This document shows, piece after piece, positions 1-26,652 of a stretch of DNA of 64,000 nt. Origin of the DNA: Lytechinus pictus (taxonomy: Eukaryota); the NCBI RefSeq assembly GCF_037042905.1, contig NC_087246.1, positions 1,800,001-1,864,000 on the forward strand. Reading direction: 5' to 3'. The first letter of the stretch is position 1, and each line of letters opens with the position of its first letter. Under the pieces are notes generated by a model that had not been told where the DNA came from, did not search any database, and saw only the letters and a program-made list of their open reading frames with translations. A program made the position numbers and the translations under genes.

Positions 1-404
1 ATGAGGGATGCCATCGTCTTTGTACCATCAATCCAATCCAAGCCAAAGTTGGTTCAAGGAATGTGTTGTCGTTAGGCCCGCCTGTCGTTTGCGTCACCTT
101 AGGCCCCTCCATCCTACCATCTTTGTTTGAAAGTCATATTTGATAGCTATCTTACTTACGTGAATCTTGCTTCATCTTTACTGACCGTGACTGACAGTGT
201 CCAGTGAGAGAAGAGTGCCGATTGACTAATTTGATAATTACCCCCTGCCTTCATCTTACCCTCTGGTATCACAATAGTGATATTAAACTAACCCAATACT
301 TTCTACAGTACCAACAGGATTTAAATACTGTGGATTTATAAAGGATTTATCACCCCTTCTCATTCATCTTTGGATTTCTTTCTTCAAATCTCTTTCTTCG
401 CTAG

Positions 405-11731
<11,327 letters not shown>

Positions 11732-14700
11732 AACTCCAGTCTTTGTATGTAGACTTGTGTAAACCCACCTTCTTTTCTACTTCCAATTTACTGTTGCCTG
11801 ATGACTCTACATATATGGTCCGTTCTTACATGACAATCGTTTATAAGAAACGTTGTATAACAAAACACCAATGCAATAACTACTGATGGTAAGAGACAGA
11901 TGACGATCTACTAATATTGAATTTTGAATTCTTCAAATCAATGAGTCATTTTCAGTAACGTCACATACAATACTTCATTCTGTAAAATAGTCCCATCAAA
12001 TACAGTATTCACTAGATTTATCCATTTTACTTGAAGAATTTGTTACTAAACCTTACTTTTGCTAGACAGTGTTTCTTGCTAAGATTTTCATCTAAGAATT
12101 TTCTATGTTATTAAGTATTCACAGTAAAGTTACATCAATATAATGTTGTTTTCCCGAGTAATAAAGGGAAATATATAGAGGCAGGACCTATTGAATTATG
12201 TATAGATTGTATTTAAAGTGGGGATTATAGTGTATGTATAGGTTAATACATAGCAATCCCTGCTGTAATGGAGAGAAGGGTAACATGGTATATAACTAAT
12301 CATAGTTAAGTGTGCTATGTATCATTATCAACATTTCATGAATATGTAAACTATTTTAAGGGATTTTCTTAAAACATCATCAAGACTACTTTATTGATAT
12401 ATTTCATTATTTATTCAAGAACCATGTCCAATAAATTGAGTCACTTGATTTTCAGTGTTTGGCACATATTTTCAATTCATTTAGCTTTCTATATGTAGGC
12501 CAAATGAAGTTAGGGAATAGGCCTTGTTCACACGGCCATTTAAATGTAGGTGGGATTTATCTTTATAAATAATGGGTTCATAGAAAACTATAAACTGTAT
12601 TTTTGAAGAAAAAAAAAAGAATTATTTAGTTTTATTTTTGACATGGTATATTGTCAGATGAATAGTGGATGTGGAGCATGACATAAGATATTTGAAATTC
12701 ATTTGAGTAAATTATTAGTATTTATTCTGCCAAGATGGGTTCGAAAGTTCATTATTAAATATAATGCTGAGATTGAGCTTTTCATGGCATGGCAACAGTA
12801 CTATGATAATAATAAAAGAAAGTATTATTCTAATGAATACTGAATGGAAAAGAGCATCAAGAAACAGTAAACATTGTCAGGATTGTTGAATGCACTTTAA
12901 CACAAAATAGATATTTTAGTAATGCATGAGTAGATTATAATCTCATGCAGAGAGCTAGAAAATTATTTTCATGCTCTCTGAAGCAGTGTATTATGCTGCT
13001 TTTTCTTTCAAAAGGAAATACAGACAAATTATTATAACGCATGACTGTAAATAATTGTGTGAAGAATGAAAACAAATGTAATATATATTTGAATGATGTA
13101 TTTGATAGAGTTAGATTGTTATAATCTATTTTGAGTGATATGTTATAAAATAAGAAGACATTGTGAGATGATGTCTTTTGTAATTTTTCTATGTAAAATA
13201 ATGCATGAAAAATTGTTTAAATTATATTATAAATTGTATAAATAGAAATTTCTGAGATATTGAATTTCATTTTCCTTCAATTGATTATCAGTTTCCTTCC
13301 TGTTCCAAATATGTTATTCTTTTTGTCTTGAATCATTGATTATTTTCCTCTAATTATGGAAATAAAGATAAAATTGAATTGAAAAAAATGCAAGAAATTA
13401 TAGCATATTATATCTTTCCAGATCATTCATTATATAATATTACCTTTTATTGAAATCTAGATTAAGGAATAACCTGCAGCATATCATGATTTTACCTATA
13501 ACATAAAAATCAAACTGAAACTAAAAAACTTCTAAAAATGAGTATATTCTGTTTTTATGCTTCTTGATATTTTAGATTGAAATTGCTTTTTATTGTCAGA
13601 CTGACCTATAACTCAACCATTTTGTTATGATTATATAATTCAAGTTATCTATCCAGATTTCCTTTCATATCTTAAATTCTTAAATAACTAATGTTTATAA
13701 TTTATCAATGAAATAAGATAAGACAATGCTTTATAGTGCAATTATATCAGCTTTCCCCCTTTATTAGCTGGTTTATTATTGTATCAAAATTGATTAATTT
13801 TGTTCATGATATCATGAGGAAATACGTGTTATTTAGCAATAAGTACAATCCATCAGTAGTTCAGATAACCATGTGTGTTTTTATACAAGATTGAGTGAAG
13901 GTAGTGTACTATTCAGAAATGTATGTATCTATGGTATCTTTGAGGGGAAGGATGGAACTTAAAAGATAAGTGTTGTGAATGATGTTGTGTTTAAATGGAT
14001 TGTTTAAGTAAGGTGCTGGCATTCTATCAAATGTACTTTTATGGCAAGATAAAAAAAAATGACATTTTGATTAATCTTGTCTAAGGTTCTCCACGATCCT
14101 AATTGGCATTATTGTTGAGTTTATTGAAGAAGTTTGTAGTGCAATAACTTGTTATGTCTATATATTGTATGTATCATTTTAACTTGCCACATAGAAACCT
14201 AATTACCCTATTTTTTACAAAGCCAAAAGTCAGGTTATGATATTGGACTGTCTGTATGGGTTTCAGTTGATATTGGTATATACTGCCAGACAGTTATATA
14301 CCATGTTCAGGTATTTAATGCATTTTGTATCAAAGATGAATACCAATTTATTTTAGAATCTTGTTTACTGCCAAAAGTACCCTGAGGTGTATACTTTAAC
14401 AGAGTTTGAATGCCCTCCTGGTTCTAAATAGACTTGTTATTAGAGACATTTTTATCAAAGCTATGTTATATTCATTTGATTTTTTTATTTATTAATATAA
14501 TATTCTTGTAATTATTATGAACACCACCATACCTTTTATTTAGGGAGGCACAATAGGTCAGTTATATGTCCTTGACAATGTTTTTAGAACGATTATTCTT
14601 TTATGGAAATTTTAAACTTTGAAAGTTTGTTCAATAATTTATGTTCTTCATATACACTTTATCCCATATGTTTTTTTCTTTATTTATTTTTATCATTATT

Positions 14701-15500
14701 ACTCATTATAGTTGTAACTATATATGATATTTAAATCCTGTTATTGTTTTCAGGTGTAGATTTTAATGGATCACTTGATCATATAATTAAACCGATGTCT
14801 GCTACATAAAGACAACTCCATACTGCCTTCATACACCTTTAATTGTGTCTGCCTTGTTCAATTATACATAATGTCAAAACTTTTAACATTTTTGTCAGTC
14901 TTATGCCATACTCAATACAGTTATCTGTGATTTATATATCTAACTCTATAACAGCTCTATGTATGTGTGTGAGTTTTCTGTTGGCTTTTCATAAATTTTT
15001 GTACGTCACAAAAATGTTGATGGGTAGATGCACACGAATGTAAAGACACTTTTGAGAACAGCTGGTAGGTATGTTTTTATTGTTATAAATCTATTGATAG
15101 AAGATAATTGTTTATAGAGATTTGGACAAGCAAGATAATGAATCTAATCAGTACATTGTACATGTTTGGTCATACAGTGGCTGTAAAGACGTGTATCTTA
15201 TCAAATAATACTTGAGTAATTGAAGATTCACACTAAAAAGAGCAATTAAAAGAATCATTGTAATATTGCCCAATTTTATATATTTGTGTCTGCATTCTCC
15301 TTTGTCTTTCTTCTTAAAGCCTGGCTCGCACACTACACAATCCGATACAACATCATTTTTTAACAAATCGCATTGTGCATTATTAAATGTGAAAGTTCCA
15401 AGGAGTATATATTTTTTTCTGAATTTCGGCATAATATAATATTTGGAATTACAAATTTGAGTTTAATTCACTTGAATTTCTGTTTTAGTTTTAATACCTC
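11732..15500 (+). other. Probable long AU-rich 3' UTR of smoothelin-like gene (end not determinable)
   Basis: Very AT-rich, repeat-poor sequence after the stop, with several AATAAA hexamers (e.g. ~12429, ~12811, ~13361). Confidence 0.4.
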
Positions 15501-15557
15501 TATTTGGAAATTTGATCTGAAAGAGTTTATATGTTGCAATGTTCATATCAAATACTA

Positions 15558-16519
15558 CAGTGTGTATCAAAAAAAGTTTACACTTAGAAATAATGCGGTA
15601 AAATTATATATTTGCAATATCCTGAAGCTTTTCCCACATTTAAACATTATTGGTACAGATCTCTTTAACTGTCGAAAAATCTTTCCGCTTGAGTGAGCAC
15701 CACTTAATTTTGAAAAGTTCGTGAAAATGATTTGCGCAGAACTTGGAAATAGTTATGTAAATAAAAGTGGGCGTTAATCATGAAGAACACGTGACTTAAG
15801 CTCGGAAGATTGATTTGTAGATATTTGTTTTTAGCTTGTTTCCTTGCCCAAAACACTTCAAAGAGCGGCATTGCGCCCCCCTTCCCCAAACACCGAGGCC
15901 ATCATGATGATATCTGCTTTACACGGAGCCGTGATTCACATGAAATGGCTAATGCTTGATTTTAGGTTTCTTAATCATTGTCAAGCTTGGGAAAAGTGTG
16001 GAGAAACACGTATCAAATGAAATATGAAATGTGTTCCCACGTAAAATGATAAAACTAATAGTGAAAGAATGCTGGCGATGTCTGAAATAAACTTTTGTTT
16101 ACAATCATTTGTGTCCTCAGATCCAGATGGCATAAAAAGGGTAAGGTTTTGCTTACCTATAGATTAAAAAGTTAATTTGGGTGGCAGAGTTGTTACAAAA
16201 TATTCAAATGTATCTGTTTAATTTCAATTCGCTAAAAATGCAAAAGAAATGTAAGAAAAATGTATCACACGTATACTTTGTTTTCGCCATTTTTCCTTGA
16301 CAAAGCGTGAAAATGAGCATTCCTGCACAAACCGATTTTTGCGAGCTTTACAAAAATGGACAGTGCTCACTCAGGTGTATAGTTCTGTCAAAATTTTTAC
16401 TTTCATTTGATAGATGAGACCCATACCCAAGAATATATGTGAAACAAATATCCCCATGTTGTATATTTTTCAATTCCCAGGACTTTTTCAAAGAGTAAAC
16501 TTTTTATTGATATGCACTG
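15558..16519. mobile_element. Non-autonomous Tc1/mariner-type element (~960 bp)
   Basis: TA|CAGTGTGTATCAAAAAAAGTTTACACTT ... AAGAGTAAACTTTTTATTGATATGCACTG|TA: CAGTG termini and TA target duplication; no transposase ORF. Confidence 0.8.
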
Positions 16520-18195
16520 TATAACGATTTTGATGAAAATCGGATCGCAAAGGTGTGCGCCTGGCTTAAGGTATTGAATCTACATCATGAATATTGAAAT
16601 TGCATGTCAAATGTTGAAATGGCATGTCAAAGTTGTTGATCATGGCTCAAAAATGAGAACTGTTTATGATATGTTTATTAGACAAACTGTCTTTGGCTGT
16701 AAACAAACAAACAAACTCTGCTTTCATATTTATTGAATGAATACATACATGAAGAATATATGATGAATTTCATCACGGAACTGGTTCATTCATGATAAAC
16801 AAGAATGTTTTTAATAAAGTGTAAACATAATGCAGAATGTTAAAAACTTGTGAATATATCGAGTTGCTTCATTTTTCTAGGAGCTGTTAATGTCATTTGT
16901 GAGCCATGATTTTCTTTAAGAATCACCTTTAATCCATATCATGATCAGACTCTTCATTTACAAAATTATTATTCTCATTGATTAAATGAAAAAAAAAATA
17001 AATAAAAAGACACAGATACCGGAGAATTATGACGTTGAGAGAAAATGAGAGGTAGCGCGAGCGAAATGGGGGGGGGGGGGGGGGGGTCGTGATCTTCAAA
17101 CAAACACTGACAATTTTTGAACATTCTGGGGATCATTTTCGGCTAAACCCGGACATACCTTGAATCACTTGCGTCAGTCCAATGAAAATAAATCCATTCT
17201 TGGTTAATTTCATGTTTGACAGAATCGTATGATTCATATATCTATGTGTCCACTAATACTAAAGTAAATTCCTACTTCAAGCCCACCAATATAATTATAG
17301 ACTTTACAGAGAATAGTTTGACTCCCAAAAAATCAAAATGCTTCCTCATTGTGCATGCAAAAGGAACAGATTTGCAATAACGCTGCAAAGTGAATATACA
17401 TATGTTTACACATGTGATATGGTCTTAATCTTGTTCATCCTTGGCAAGGTTTGCATGAGTGAGTTGTAAACAATTGAATGAATCCATTTCACCTTCTAAT
17501 AGCTTGGCATTGGTTCACCCAGGTTACAGTGTTATGAAAGTCTTAATCCCATCCGTGTCTATCAGTTATTAATCGGTTCCTCATAATAAACGATTATAGC
17601 ATGAAAACAATTTCCATTTATCACTTGTTTCTACGTCGAGCAATCTTTAGGAAGCTTCCACAATGTCACTATAAAGGGTCCATGCTATAATAAACAAATT
17701 TAAATTTCACACGTATGCACACGATTTAAAAGCTATAAAGTACAGGTCTGATTCATCAATATCCATTGACTATCATGTAACATTTCAATCTTGCAAAACT
17801 AGTTTATCATCGTAAAGAAATTACGGATCTCGGGTCTTCTCTTAGTATTTCTTCTACATTTATTTTTCTTTTACAAAAGCCCAAAATAGAAATGTATTGC
17901 TGAACATCAGAAACCTACAAACGAATATTATATCTAAGAAATTTTCAGCCCTTTCACGATTGATAAGTGGGTTGTATACAAACAAGGGGGAAAACACTTT
18001 CTTCTTTTTCGATATCCCAACATTTTCAATCTAGACATTTTACTTGCGAAATGTAGTTATGAATATAAGGTATCTTTCACACATGGTGGTATGATGGTAT
18101 ATTATTACATTTTAGAGGATAATGAATTCAAGCTTTGAAATGAATTACATTAACCTAAACTTCATAGGAAATAAATGGACTTACACCTAATATAG

Positions 18196-18226
<31 letters not shown>

Positions 18227-18596
18227 CATTTTGAGTGGGCAGTGGTTTTGAAAAGTGATTCCTGATAAAGAAAATTATGATGAAGTGAATAGTGACACAA
18301 CTACGCAGTGTTTGTTTCTCGGCACTCCATCACGTGGAAATGATGTCAGATATACAAAGTGACCATGTTGAATAATGCAATGGCCGAAGATGACATTGTA
18401 ATAGGACTCGATATCATAGTTCAAAGAAGACAGTCTGATCGGGATACCAGTGTGTAGTGTGTATATTGTAAAGGATTGGCCCAAAATTTCAATCTACTTG
18501 GGTAAGTAATAATATAAGTCTAATTTTTTTTCACTTAAATTTTAAGGAAGGGCCTCTAGGACCTATTTAAAGGCCTATATCAAATTTCTATTTGAT

Positions 18597-18668
18597 CGGG
18601 CATGGTGACCGAGTAGTAGAGCACTCGCCTAATGAATGGAAGGTCGTGGATTCGATTCTTGATCCCTG
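18597..18668 (+). mobile_element. Degenerate tRNA-derived SINE head
   Basis: A-box-like tggtgaccgagtagtagagc and B-box-like ggattcgattc with tRNA spacing. Confidence 0.5.
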
Positions 18669-20500
18669 TGGTTTGATCCATGCAAAGATTGACATAATAC
18701 GATCTTATTTCGTGCTATTCTAATGCAAGGTGAAAGAGCAGTTTCATAATGAAAGTGGAAATGGCTACCAAGAAAAAAAAAAAAGAAAAAAAAAAAAACA
18801 TTTCCATATATTTTTATATGGCTTTGAAATGTAATGATTATTATAGAATCAAGTGATTAAAGTTTGGAGGGCATCTCCTCCTCTAAAACGCTCCCAGCAT
18901 CCTCATTGGGTTTCTTTCCTTTACCCCTTTCAACTATTCTTTCTTGTTACCCCTACCCTTTCAACTATTCTTTCTTGTTAATTGGTAGGCCTATTTATAG
19001 AAGCATTGAATCTAAAAAGTGTCAGTGGTCCTCGCTTGTGCGATTGCTGTTATCAATTATCTTTTGAGGGCATTTAACGGATTTCCTCGTTTGGACATTA
19101 ACTGACCTGGCATTATCATTTTGACAATGCTGATGAATTCATTTTTAAACCACACTGCTGAATATTAAAAGAGCTATGTTTGGTATCAGAGAGAGAGAGA
19201 GAGAGTGGGGGGGGGGGGGTGGGTGGTACCTTTCACATTATATTTCGCATCATTACATGTGCGTTGAAACAATACTTTGATGTCAATAAATAAAAAAGTA
19301 AAATGCAAGTTATTATTTTATTTAAAAAAGGCAACATCTTTCATTTATCTGATGAATGTACAAAGCTTGAGGTCGGGTAATTCATCATGGATATCCGCCT
19401 ATGCTTATCCGGTGACTTTGCATAGTAATCGAACAATGTACATCTTGTCTTTAATGATCAGACCTATGTATTTTAAAATCATCATGTCTTTGTCTTTCCC
19501 TATTTTAGGTTAATAATTCAAATATATTACTATGTTATTGCATATTAACAGAATAGTGAGTTAAAAAACAGAAATATCGTGAGTTCAGAAGACAACGCAG
19601 CGATCTTTAACAAAAGATAACTATAATATCGCCTGGAATTAAGACTAGTTATTGTCGTCTGCTTGGAAACAGGAAAGAAGTTGCATTTGTGCTAGCGGGT
19701 AAACGATACAATTTTGACAAGATCATTCGCTCTCAGACAGAGCGTGACAGGATTATGACGTTCTTTTTACACTATTGTTCAAATGTTTAGTGAGAGCAAA
19801 AAAGGATATTCTTCAGACATTTCCAAACCCGTAGGAATCATATTTAATAACGGTCGCAGTGGATCTCATTTTTGGATTAACATACATCGTGCATCTTCGT
19901 AAGTATTATTATAAATTGTTGCAATTTTTTGTATTGTAGATACCAGTTACAAGTGTATTCAGAAAGCTTAATACATAATGATAGTGACTTTTTGTTAATG
20001 TTTGATGCTTTTTTATTTCAGTTTCATTATAAGTATGCCTATTTATCAATCGCTGTTGAAGTGTACGTCGATCATTCATTAGTATAATTCACACAGCTAA
20101 TTATAAGAAGTCTATATGTATTGGAATTATAGCTTTATATTAAGGGTACCTCGTATTTATTTGAATATTCAACCTTGATTATAAATTGCTCTATCGTCAC
20201 TTTCTTTATTTCTTCATGTATCCTTTCCTCATGTATTTGTTGACTCCCCCTCCCTCAACCGTCTCTACACCCCCCCCCCCCCATCGCAGATCATGGCCAA
20301 CTCTCGAGTCTGTTACTATAAAATGTAGAGGCGACAGCGTAAAATATCGTGACAATACTTTTTTTTCGTCTCTACAAATTTACATGTGAGAAATAGCACG
20401 TACTGTATGCCAGCCCAATAAAGATTAATTGAACATTGAACCTTTAGATAATGTAACTTCAATAATACAATATTTGTTATATAAATATGTATATACCCGG

Positions 20501-20866
20501 CACTGGCGCACAGATGAGGGGGCTAGGAGGCCTTGGACCCCCCCCCAAAAAAAAAAAAAAGACAAAAGGAGAGGAAAAGGGTATATTTCTGAATATCATG
20601 TCAAAATCTATCAAAAAATTAGATTTTGCTATGAAAAAATATCAATTTTTTGCTCACTCACTTTGCTCACTTGTTTTCCCTCCATACGTCATATCAGGGG
20701 TCCATTGAAGAGAGGGTTGAGTTTACACGTAACTCAAAAACCAAGCCCAAGTCCCGCGTTTTATTCGTTAAAATTCAAGTTGCGTTTGAAGTGAGGAGTT
20801 TCGTTTGATCTCAACGGACCCTTTCTCCAACGGACCCCTGCCCCTCACAAACTTATTATGCCACTG
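20501..20866. mobile_element. Degenerate G/C-run MITE (CAGTGGCG-type termini)
   Basis: cactggcgca.. and ..atgccactg termini with G/C runs; no clear TSD. Confidence 0.35.
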
Positions 20867-22629
20867 AAGTCATTCGGACCGTCTGTCAAAGGAAAACACA
20901 TTAAAAGAAAAATGAACCTGAATTGTCATCAGATAATGTGTAGTATGGTATTCAATATTATTTTTTCAGTGGGTAATGGAAATAACATTATAAAATGGTT
21001 CAATGAATCAAGTTAATCCATATTTTCTTCATTCATGAGATTTTTTATTCTTGAACATTTCTTATCTGTAACTTTATGTACATGTTTATAGGTTATTCTT
21101 GAACAATTTCATGTACCCCTCATGTTTCTGACCTGTTCGCCCTCGTGTACGTGACCGAGAAAGAGCAATGTTATTCGTCAATGGAGAAATGGAATAAGGA
21201 AATAATATCGACCTCAGACATCCCGGATCACAAGTTCCAACAAAACAAAAAGTATACTGATTGTGAATATGTAAAAAACATTTTGGTGATATTTCAATTA
21301 TTTTTTACACCGGCATCTATTCTACCCGTTCGTAATCCATATGTACATGTCTGAGCATGTTACGAAGAGACCATGTTTTATTCACCAATCATGCTAATTG
21401 AAAAAAAGAGGAAGTAAAAATAATACTTAGGTAATAACAACGAGATAGTCAATATATTCGATAATTGAAGATTGGGGTTATGTTTTTGTGCGTCAGATGA
21501 TTCTGCAATAATTGCTTATTGCTTGCTGTTGTTGACACTTTCCAATACACAAGATTCAATGGAACTGAGCCAAACAAACTCTTGGGTATCAAACTAATGC
21601 GATTCTCCTTGAGTCTTGCTTTTTTCATTATATGGAGCCACCCAAGTAAAACCGTATATATAATGAAATCACATTTTAGCCTATTAAATTTATATTCCTT
21701 CATGAACAGGCTACAAAGGAGGTGTACTTGTATACGTAAACATTTTTTTGATAACATGGATAAGGAAATAAGCAATATTTGTGGTCCGTTGGTTTTTAGA
21801 TCAAACCAAGTCATGCAAGTAGAGCGATCTTTGAAATGAGAGGAAGGATTCGGAAGGGACATGTCTACAAGTGTGGTTCATCATGTTCATGCCTGATGAC
21901 ATTTAATTGTATTATTTTGAATTCATCAAGCTCCAAATGACTCACATCATTACAACCTGATCATGTTTACATTACATTCACGACATTGTAGACATGAATG
22001 AAGGATGTATATATGCTTCAAGATTGAATACGTTTTAGATATGTAATGCAATCACAGCTCATATTCACACAGTAATCATGATAATCATTGTGGTCATTAC
22101 AGCCAATGATGTAGTTTTTAGAAGGTATTCTAGAGGTTCAACTAGGGCACCACCCAGTTTGAAATTAAACCAGGTAAACTGAGGAAAACTCAAAATGTTT
22201 TTTTAGGAGGAATTCGCATTTAGCAGTTTAGTGTGAATTAGAATTGGACTGACTACTGTTAAGGAAGCAATATCATTTTCATATGTTTTCCTATATAGTA
22301 ATCCATAGATATGAACACTCTTAGAAATACCTAGTCAAATATGACTAGAAACTTGTTATATCTGACATGGGCGGAAATCTGTCGCCAAAGGTAGGGGGAC
22401 CAGGGGGGACTGTTACACACAAATGTAATAATCGCCCACAAATGTAATAACGCCCACAAATGTAATAACACTTTACCCACAAATGTAATAACGCCCACAA
22501 ATGTAATAACACTTTACCCACAAATGTAATAATTTCACCCACAAATGTAAGAATGCACTTTACCCACAAATGTAATAATTTTTGATCGCCCACAAATGTA
22601 ATAATGACTTTACCCACAAATGTAATAAA

Positions 22630-25600
22630 TAGACGGGTCAATATATGGTTTGACCCGGAACAAATGGCAACAAATGATTTTTCAACGGTATTTTGTACTA
22701 TTTTACCTCAGGAATAACATACTAAAAATCTACCAAAATCCGCATCCGGAAAAGTGGTTATTTTCAAGATGGCGTCCAAGATGGCCGTCATTCACTAAAA
22801 ATGGATATAACTCACTCATTATCCACCCTAGAATCCTTTTTAGATTCATATTCCATGATCCAATGGGTAAAATAATTTATTTATACAAGTTAGAGTGAAT
22901 ATTAGCACTCCAGGGTACCAGGAAAATCCAAGATGGCGCCCAAAATGGCTGCCGTAGTCTAAAAAAAATCCACAATTCATCTATTACTTACTTTAGTGGA
23001 TTTAATTTGGTTTCCATTCGATTGTTTTAATGATGAAGTAGTACGTCGGGACAAGTTACAAGGAGAGGCAGTGGTCTGGTGTGTCGAAAAATACAAGATG
23101 GCTTCCAAAAATTGAGTTTAAAATTGCTGTTAATCCTTAAAATGGACATAGCTCATATCACATCCACCTGAGAGATATGATTTTGGTGTCTAGACCATGG
23201 TTTCAATGGTCAAATGATAAATTGGGACAAGTTATAAGGACAGTCAGTGGTCCGGTACGTTAAAAAATCCAAGATGGTTTCCAAAAATGGAGTAAAAAAT
23301 GCTGTTGCTACTTAAAAAAAACCCAACATAGGGTTGTTCAATATCCGGAAATATGATTTTGTGTGCCTATACCATGGTTAAATGGGTCAAATAATAAATA
23401 GGGATAGGTTACAAGGACGTTTGGTGGTCAAGTATGTCCAAAAGTCCACGGTGGCTTGAAAAATAGTATCAATTAGCCGCGATGGTATTTAAAAATGGAC
23501 ATAGTTATGTTTTATTCGTCAGGGGCATATGATTTTGTCGCCTTTATCATGGTTTCAAAAGGCAGAAAATTAGTTACAAGGACAGTCAGTGGTCCAGTAT
23601 GTCGAAAATCTAAGAAAGCTTTAAAAAATCGGAGTCTAAAATGACTGCTGTTACTATAAAAATGGACATAGTTCATTTAAAATCCACCTTGGAGATATGA
23701 TTTCGGTGTCCACACTATGGTTTCATGATTAAAATAATACGTTTGGACTGGTTACATTGATATGCAGTTGTCCAGTTTGCCTAAAACACAAGAAGGTTTT
23801 TAAAAAGGAATCTAAAACGACTCATATCATTCAATAGTGGTCAGAGTTCTACAATATTCATCTGCAAGAAATAATGTTGGTGTCCAAATTGTGGTATGAA
23901 GGGTCAAATAATACATTCGGACAAGTAACAAGGATGGTTAGTACCCATTTTGTCAAAGAATCCATGATGGATTCTAAAATTTCATCAAAATGGGTGCTGT
24001 TACCAACTCATGAAACAATATGATAACGTGTCCCCATGCATTTAAGTGTAGGCACCAAGATTATTTCTAACAGGTAGATATTTTAAAGTAGTCACTTTAG
24101 AACCCATTTTTCAAGCCAACTTAGGTCAAGTCCACCCCAGACAAATGATGATTGGAATAAATAGAGAAAAATCCAACGAGCAAAACGCTAAATATTTCAT
24201 CAAAATCGGATGTAAAATAAGAAAGTTATAACATTTTAAAGTTTCGCTTATTTTTCACAAAACAGTTATATGCACATCTCAGTGACATGCAAATGAGACA
24301 CTCGATGATGTCCATCACTCACTATTTCTTTTGTTTCTTATTGTTTGAATTATACAATATTTCATTTTTTACAGATTTGACAATAAGGACCAACTTGACT
24401 GAACCATAAGTATTAAACAATGCTATAATTCCACATGTTCAGGGAGGAATTAATCTTTGTTTCACTCGACAATGAGGAGAAAATTAGAATATTTCGTATT
24501 TCATGTAATGAAATACAAAAGAAATAGTGAGTGGATGACGTCATCAGTCTCCTCATTTGCATACCGACCAGGATGTACATATAACTGTTTTGTGAAATTA
24601 AGCAAAACTTTAAAATGTCATAACTTTCTTATTTTACATCCAATTTTGATAAAATTTTCAGTGTTATGCTTGTTGGATTTTTGTCTTTTTATTCAAATCA
24701 ACTAATGGTTGGGGTGGACTTGTCCTTTAAGGCAAAATGGATTGCTGCATATCATGGTTACCAGTCCCAAAGTATTGTTTGGCCCTTGAAACCCTAGTGT
24801 AGACACCAAAATAATATCCCCAAGGTGTATTTATAATGTTCTACATCCACTTTTAAGTAACAGCAGTCATTTAAGACCCCCATTTTTAAAGCCATCTTTG
24901 ATTTTTGGACATACCTGACACCTGACTGTCCTTTCAACTTAACCCAATGTATTGCTTGACCCTGTAAACCCTAGTATAGACAGCAAAATCATACCTCCAA
25001 GGTGTATTTATTATAAACTATGCATACTTTTAAACAGCAACAGTCAATTTACACCCCGTTTTTTTAAGTAATCTTGAATTTTTTAACATACAGACAACTG
25101 ACTGTTCTTGTAACTTACCCTAGTGTATTACTTGACCCTTTTAAACCATGCTTTTAACACCAAACTCATATTCCCCAGACAGATATTAAACAAACTATGT
25201 CCTTATGTAAGTAACATTTGACTTTTTTTACTCCATGTTTGGAAGCCATCTTGTAATTTTAGACATACTAAGCCACAGACTGCCATTGTCTTGTCCTAAT
25301 ATAATTTGACCCTTGAAACCATAGTTTAGACACCGAAATCATATCTCACAGGCGGATTTAAAACGAGTAATGCCACTTTTAAGTATCAACAGCCATTTTA
25401 GAATCAAGTTTTGGAAGCCATATTGGATTTTTGGTCATACCAGACCACTGACTGGCCTTAAAACCTGTCCTTATGTATTATTTTGGCCCTTAAACCAGTG
25501 GTTTAGACACCAAAATCGCATCTCCCATGTCGATATGAAATAAGCTATGTCCGTTTTAAGTAGGAGCAGTCAATTTAGAATCAATTTTTGGAAGCCAACT

Positions 25601-26577
25601 TAGGTTTTTTGACCGACCAGTCCACTGACTGTCCTTGTAACTTGCCCTAATGTATTAATTGATCCTTGAAACTAGTGGTTTAGACACCAAAATCACCTTT
25701 CCAGGCCGATTTGAAATGAGCTTTGTCCGTTTTAAGTATCAGCAGCATATTTTTAAGACCAATTTTTGGACACCATCTTCGATTTTTGGACATACCAGAC
25801 CATTGACTGTCCTTGTAACTTGTCCCAATGTAATATTTGACCCATTTAACCATGGTATAGACAAAAAAAAATCATATTTCTGGACATTGAGCAAACTATG
25901 TCGGTTTTTTTAAGAAGCAACAGCAATTTTCGACTCCATGTTTGGAAGCCATCTTGGATTTTTTAACATACTGGACCACTGACTGTCCTTGTAACTTGTC
26001 CTAATGTCTTATTTGACCATTGAAATCATGGTTTAGACACCAAAATCATTATGTCCCAGGCGGATATGAAATGAACTATGTCCATTTTAATTATCAACAG
26101 CCATTTTAAACTCCATTTTTGGAAGCCATCTTGGATTTTTGGACACACCAGGCCACTGGCTGTCCTTGTAATTTGTTTCAATGTACTATTTCACCCTTAA
26201 AACCATTGAATAAAAAAAAATAGATGAATTGTGGATTTTCAGCCCACGGCAGCCATTTTGGGCGCCATCTTGGATTTGCCTGGTACACTGAAGGGCTTAT
26301 AATTCCTTCTAGCCTAAATCAATTTTTGTACCCCCAGACCATGGAATATGGACCGAAATAGGATTCTAGGGGGGATAATGTGTCAGTTGTATTCATTTTC
26401 AGTGAATGGCGGCCATCTTGGACGCCATCTTGAAAATAACCACTTTCCCGGATGCGGATTTTGATAGATTTTTAGTATATTATTCCTGAGGTCAAATAGT
26501 ACAAAATACCGTTGAAAAATCATTTGTTGCAATTTGTTCCGGGTAAGGCTATTTTTGGTCGTATATTGACCCGTCTA
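22630..26577. mobile_element. Long-inverted-repeat non-autonomous DNA element with ~176-bp internal tandem subrepeats
   Basis: TIR tagacgggtcaatata / tatattgacccgtcta; ~400-bp similar outer arms; AAA duplicated at the site, judged from the intact right arm of the host; ~6 left and ~8 right subrepeat units in opposite orientation. Confidence 0.85.
24123..24726. mobile_element. TTAA-target (Kolobok-like) MITE at the centre of the nest
   Basis: aggtcaagtccacccca / tggggtggacttgtcct|TTAA; long imperfect inverted arms (aaaatcggatgtaaaataagaaagttat / ataactttcttattttacatccaatttt). Confidence 0.8.
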
Positions 26578-26652
26578 AAATTTGAAGGGATTTTTGGCGA
26601 ACCTGTTCTAAACTAAAATCCTATAGTAATGCGTTCATATAGCACAAAAGTG

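Noticed and set aside
15148..15432. Cys-containing ORF (DCVVCEPGFKK) resembling a TNFR/EGF-like exon
   Set aside because: There is no suitable splice donor or partner exon; ttaaagcctggctcgcacacta looks like a MITE end.
21449..21862. Overlapping 137-aa (-) and 106-aa (+) ORFs
   Set aside because: No recognisable motif or splice structure; possibly an old repeat remnant, which needs BLASTX to decide.
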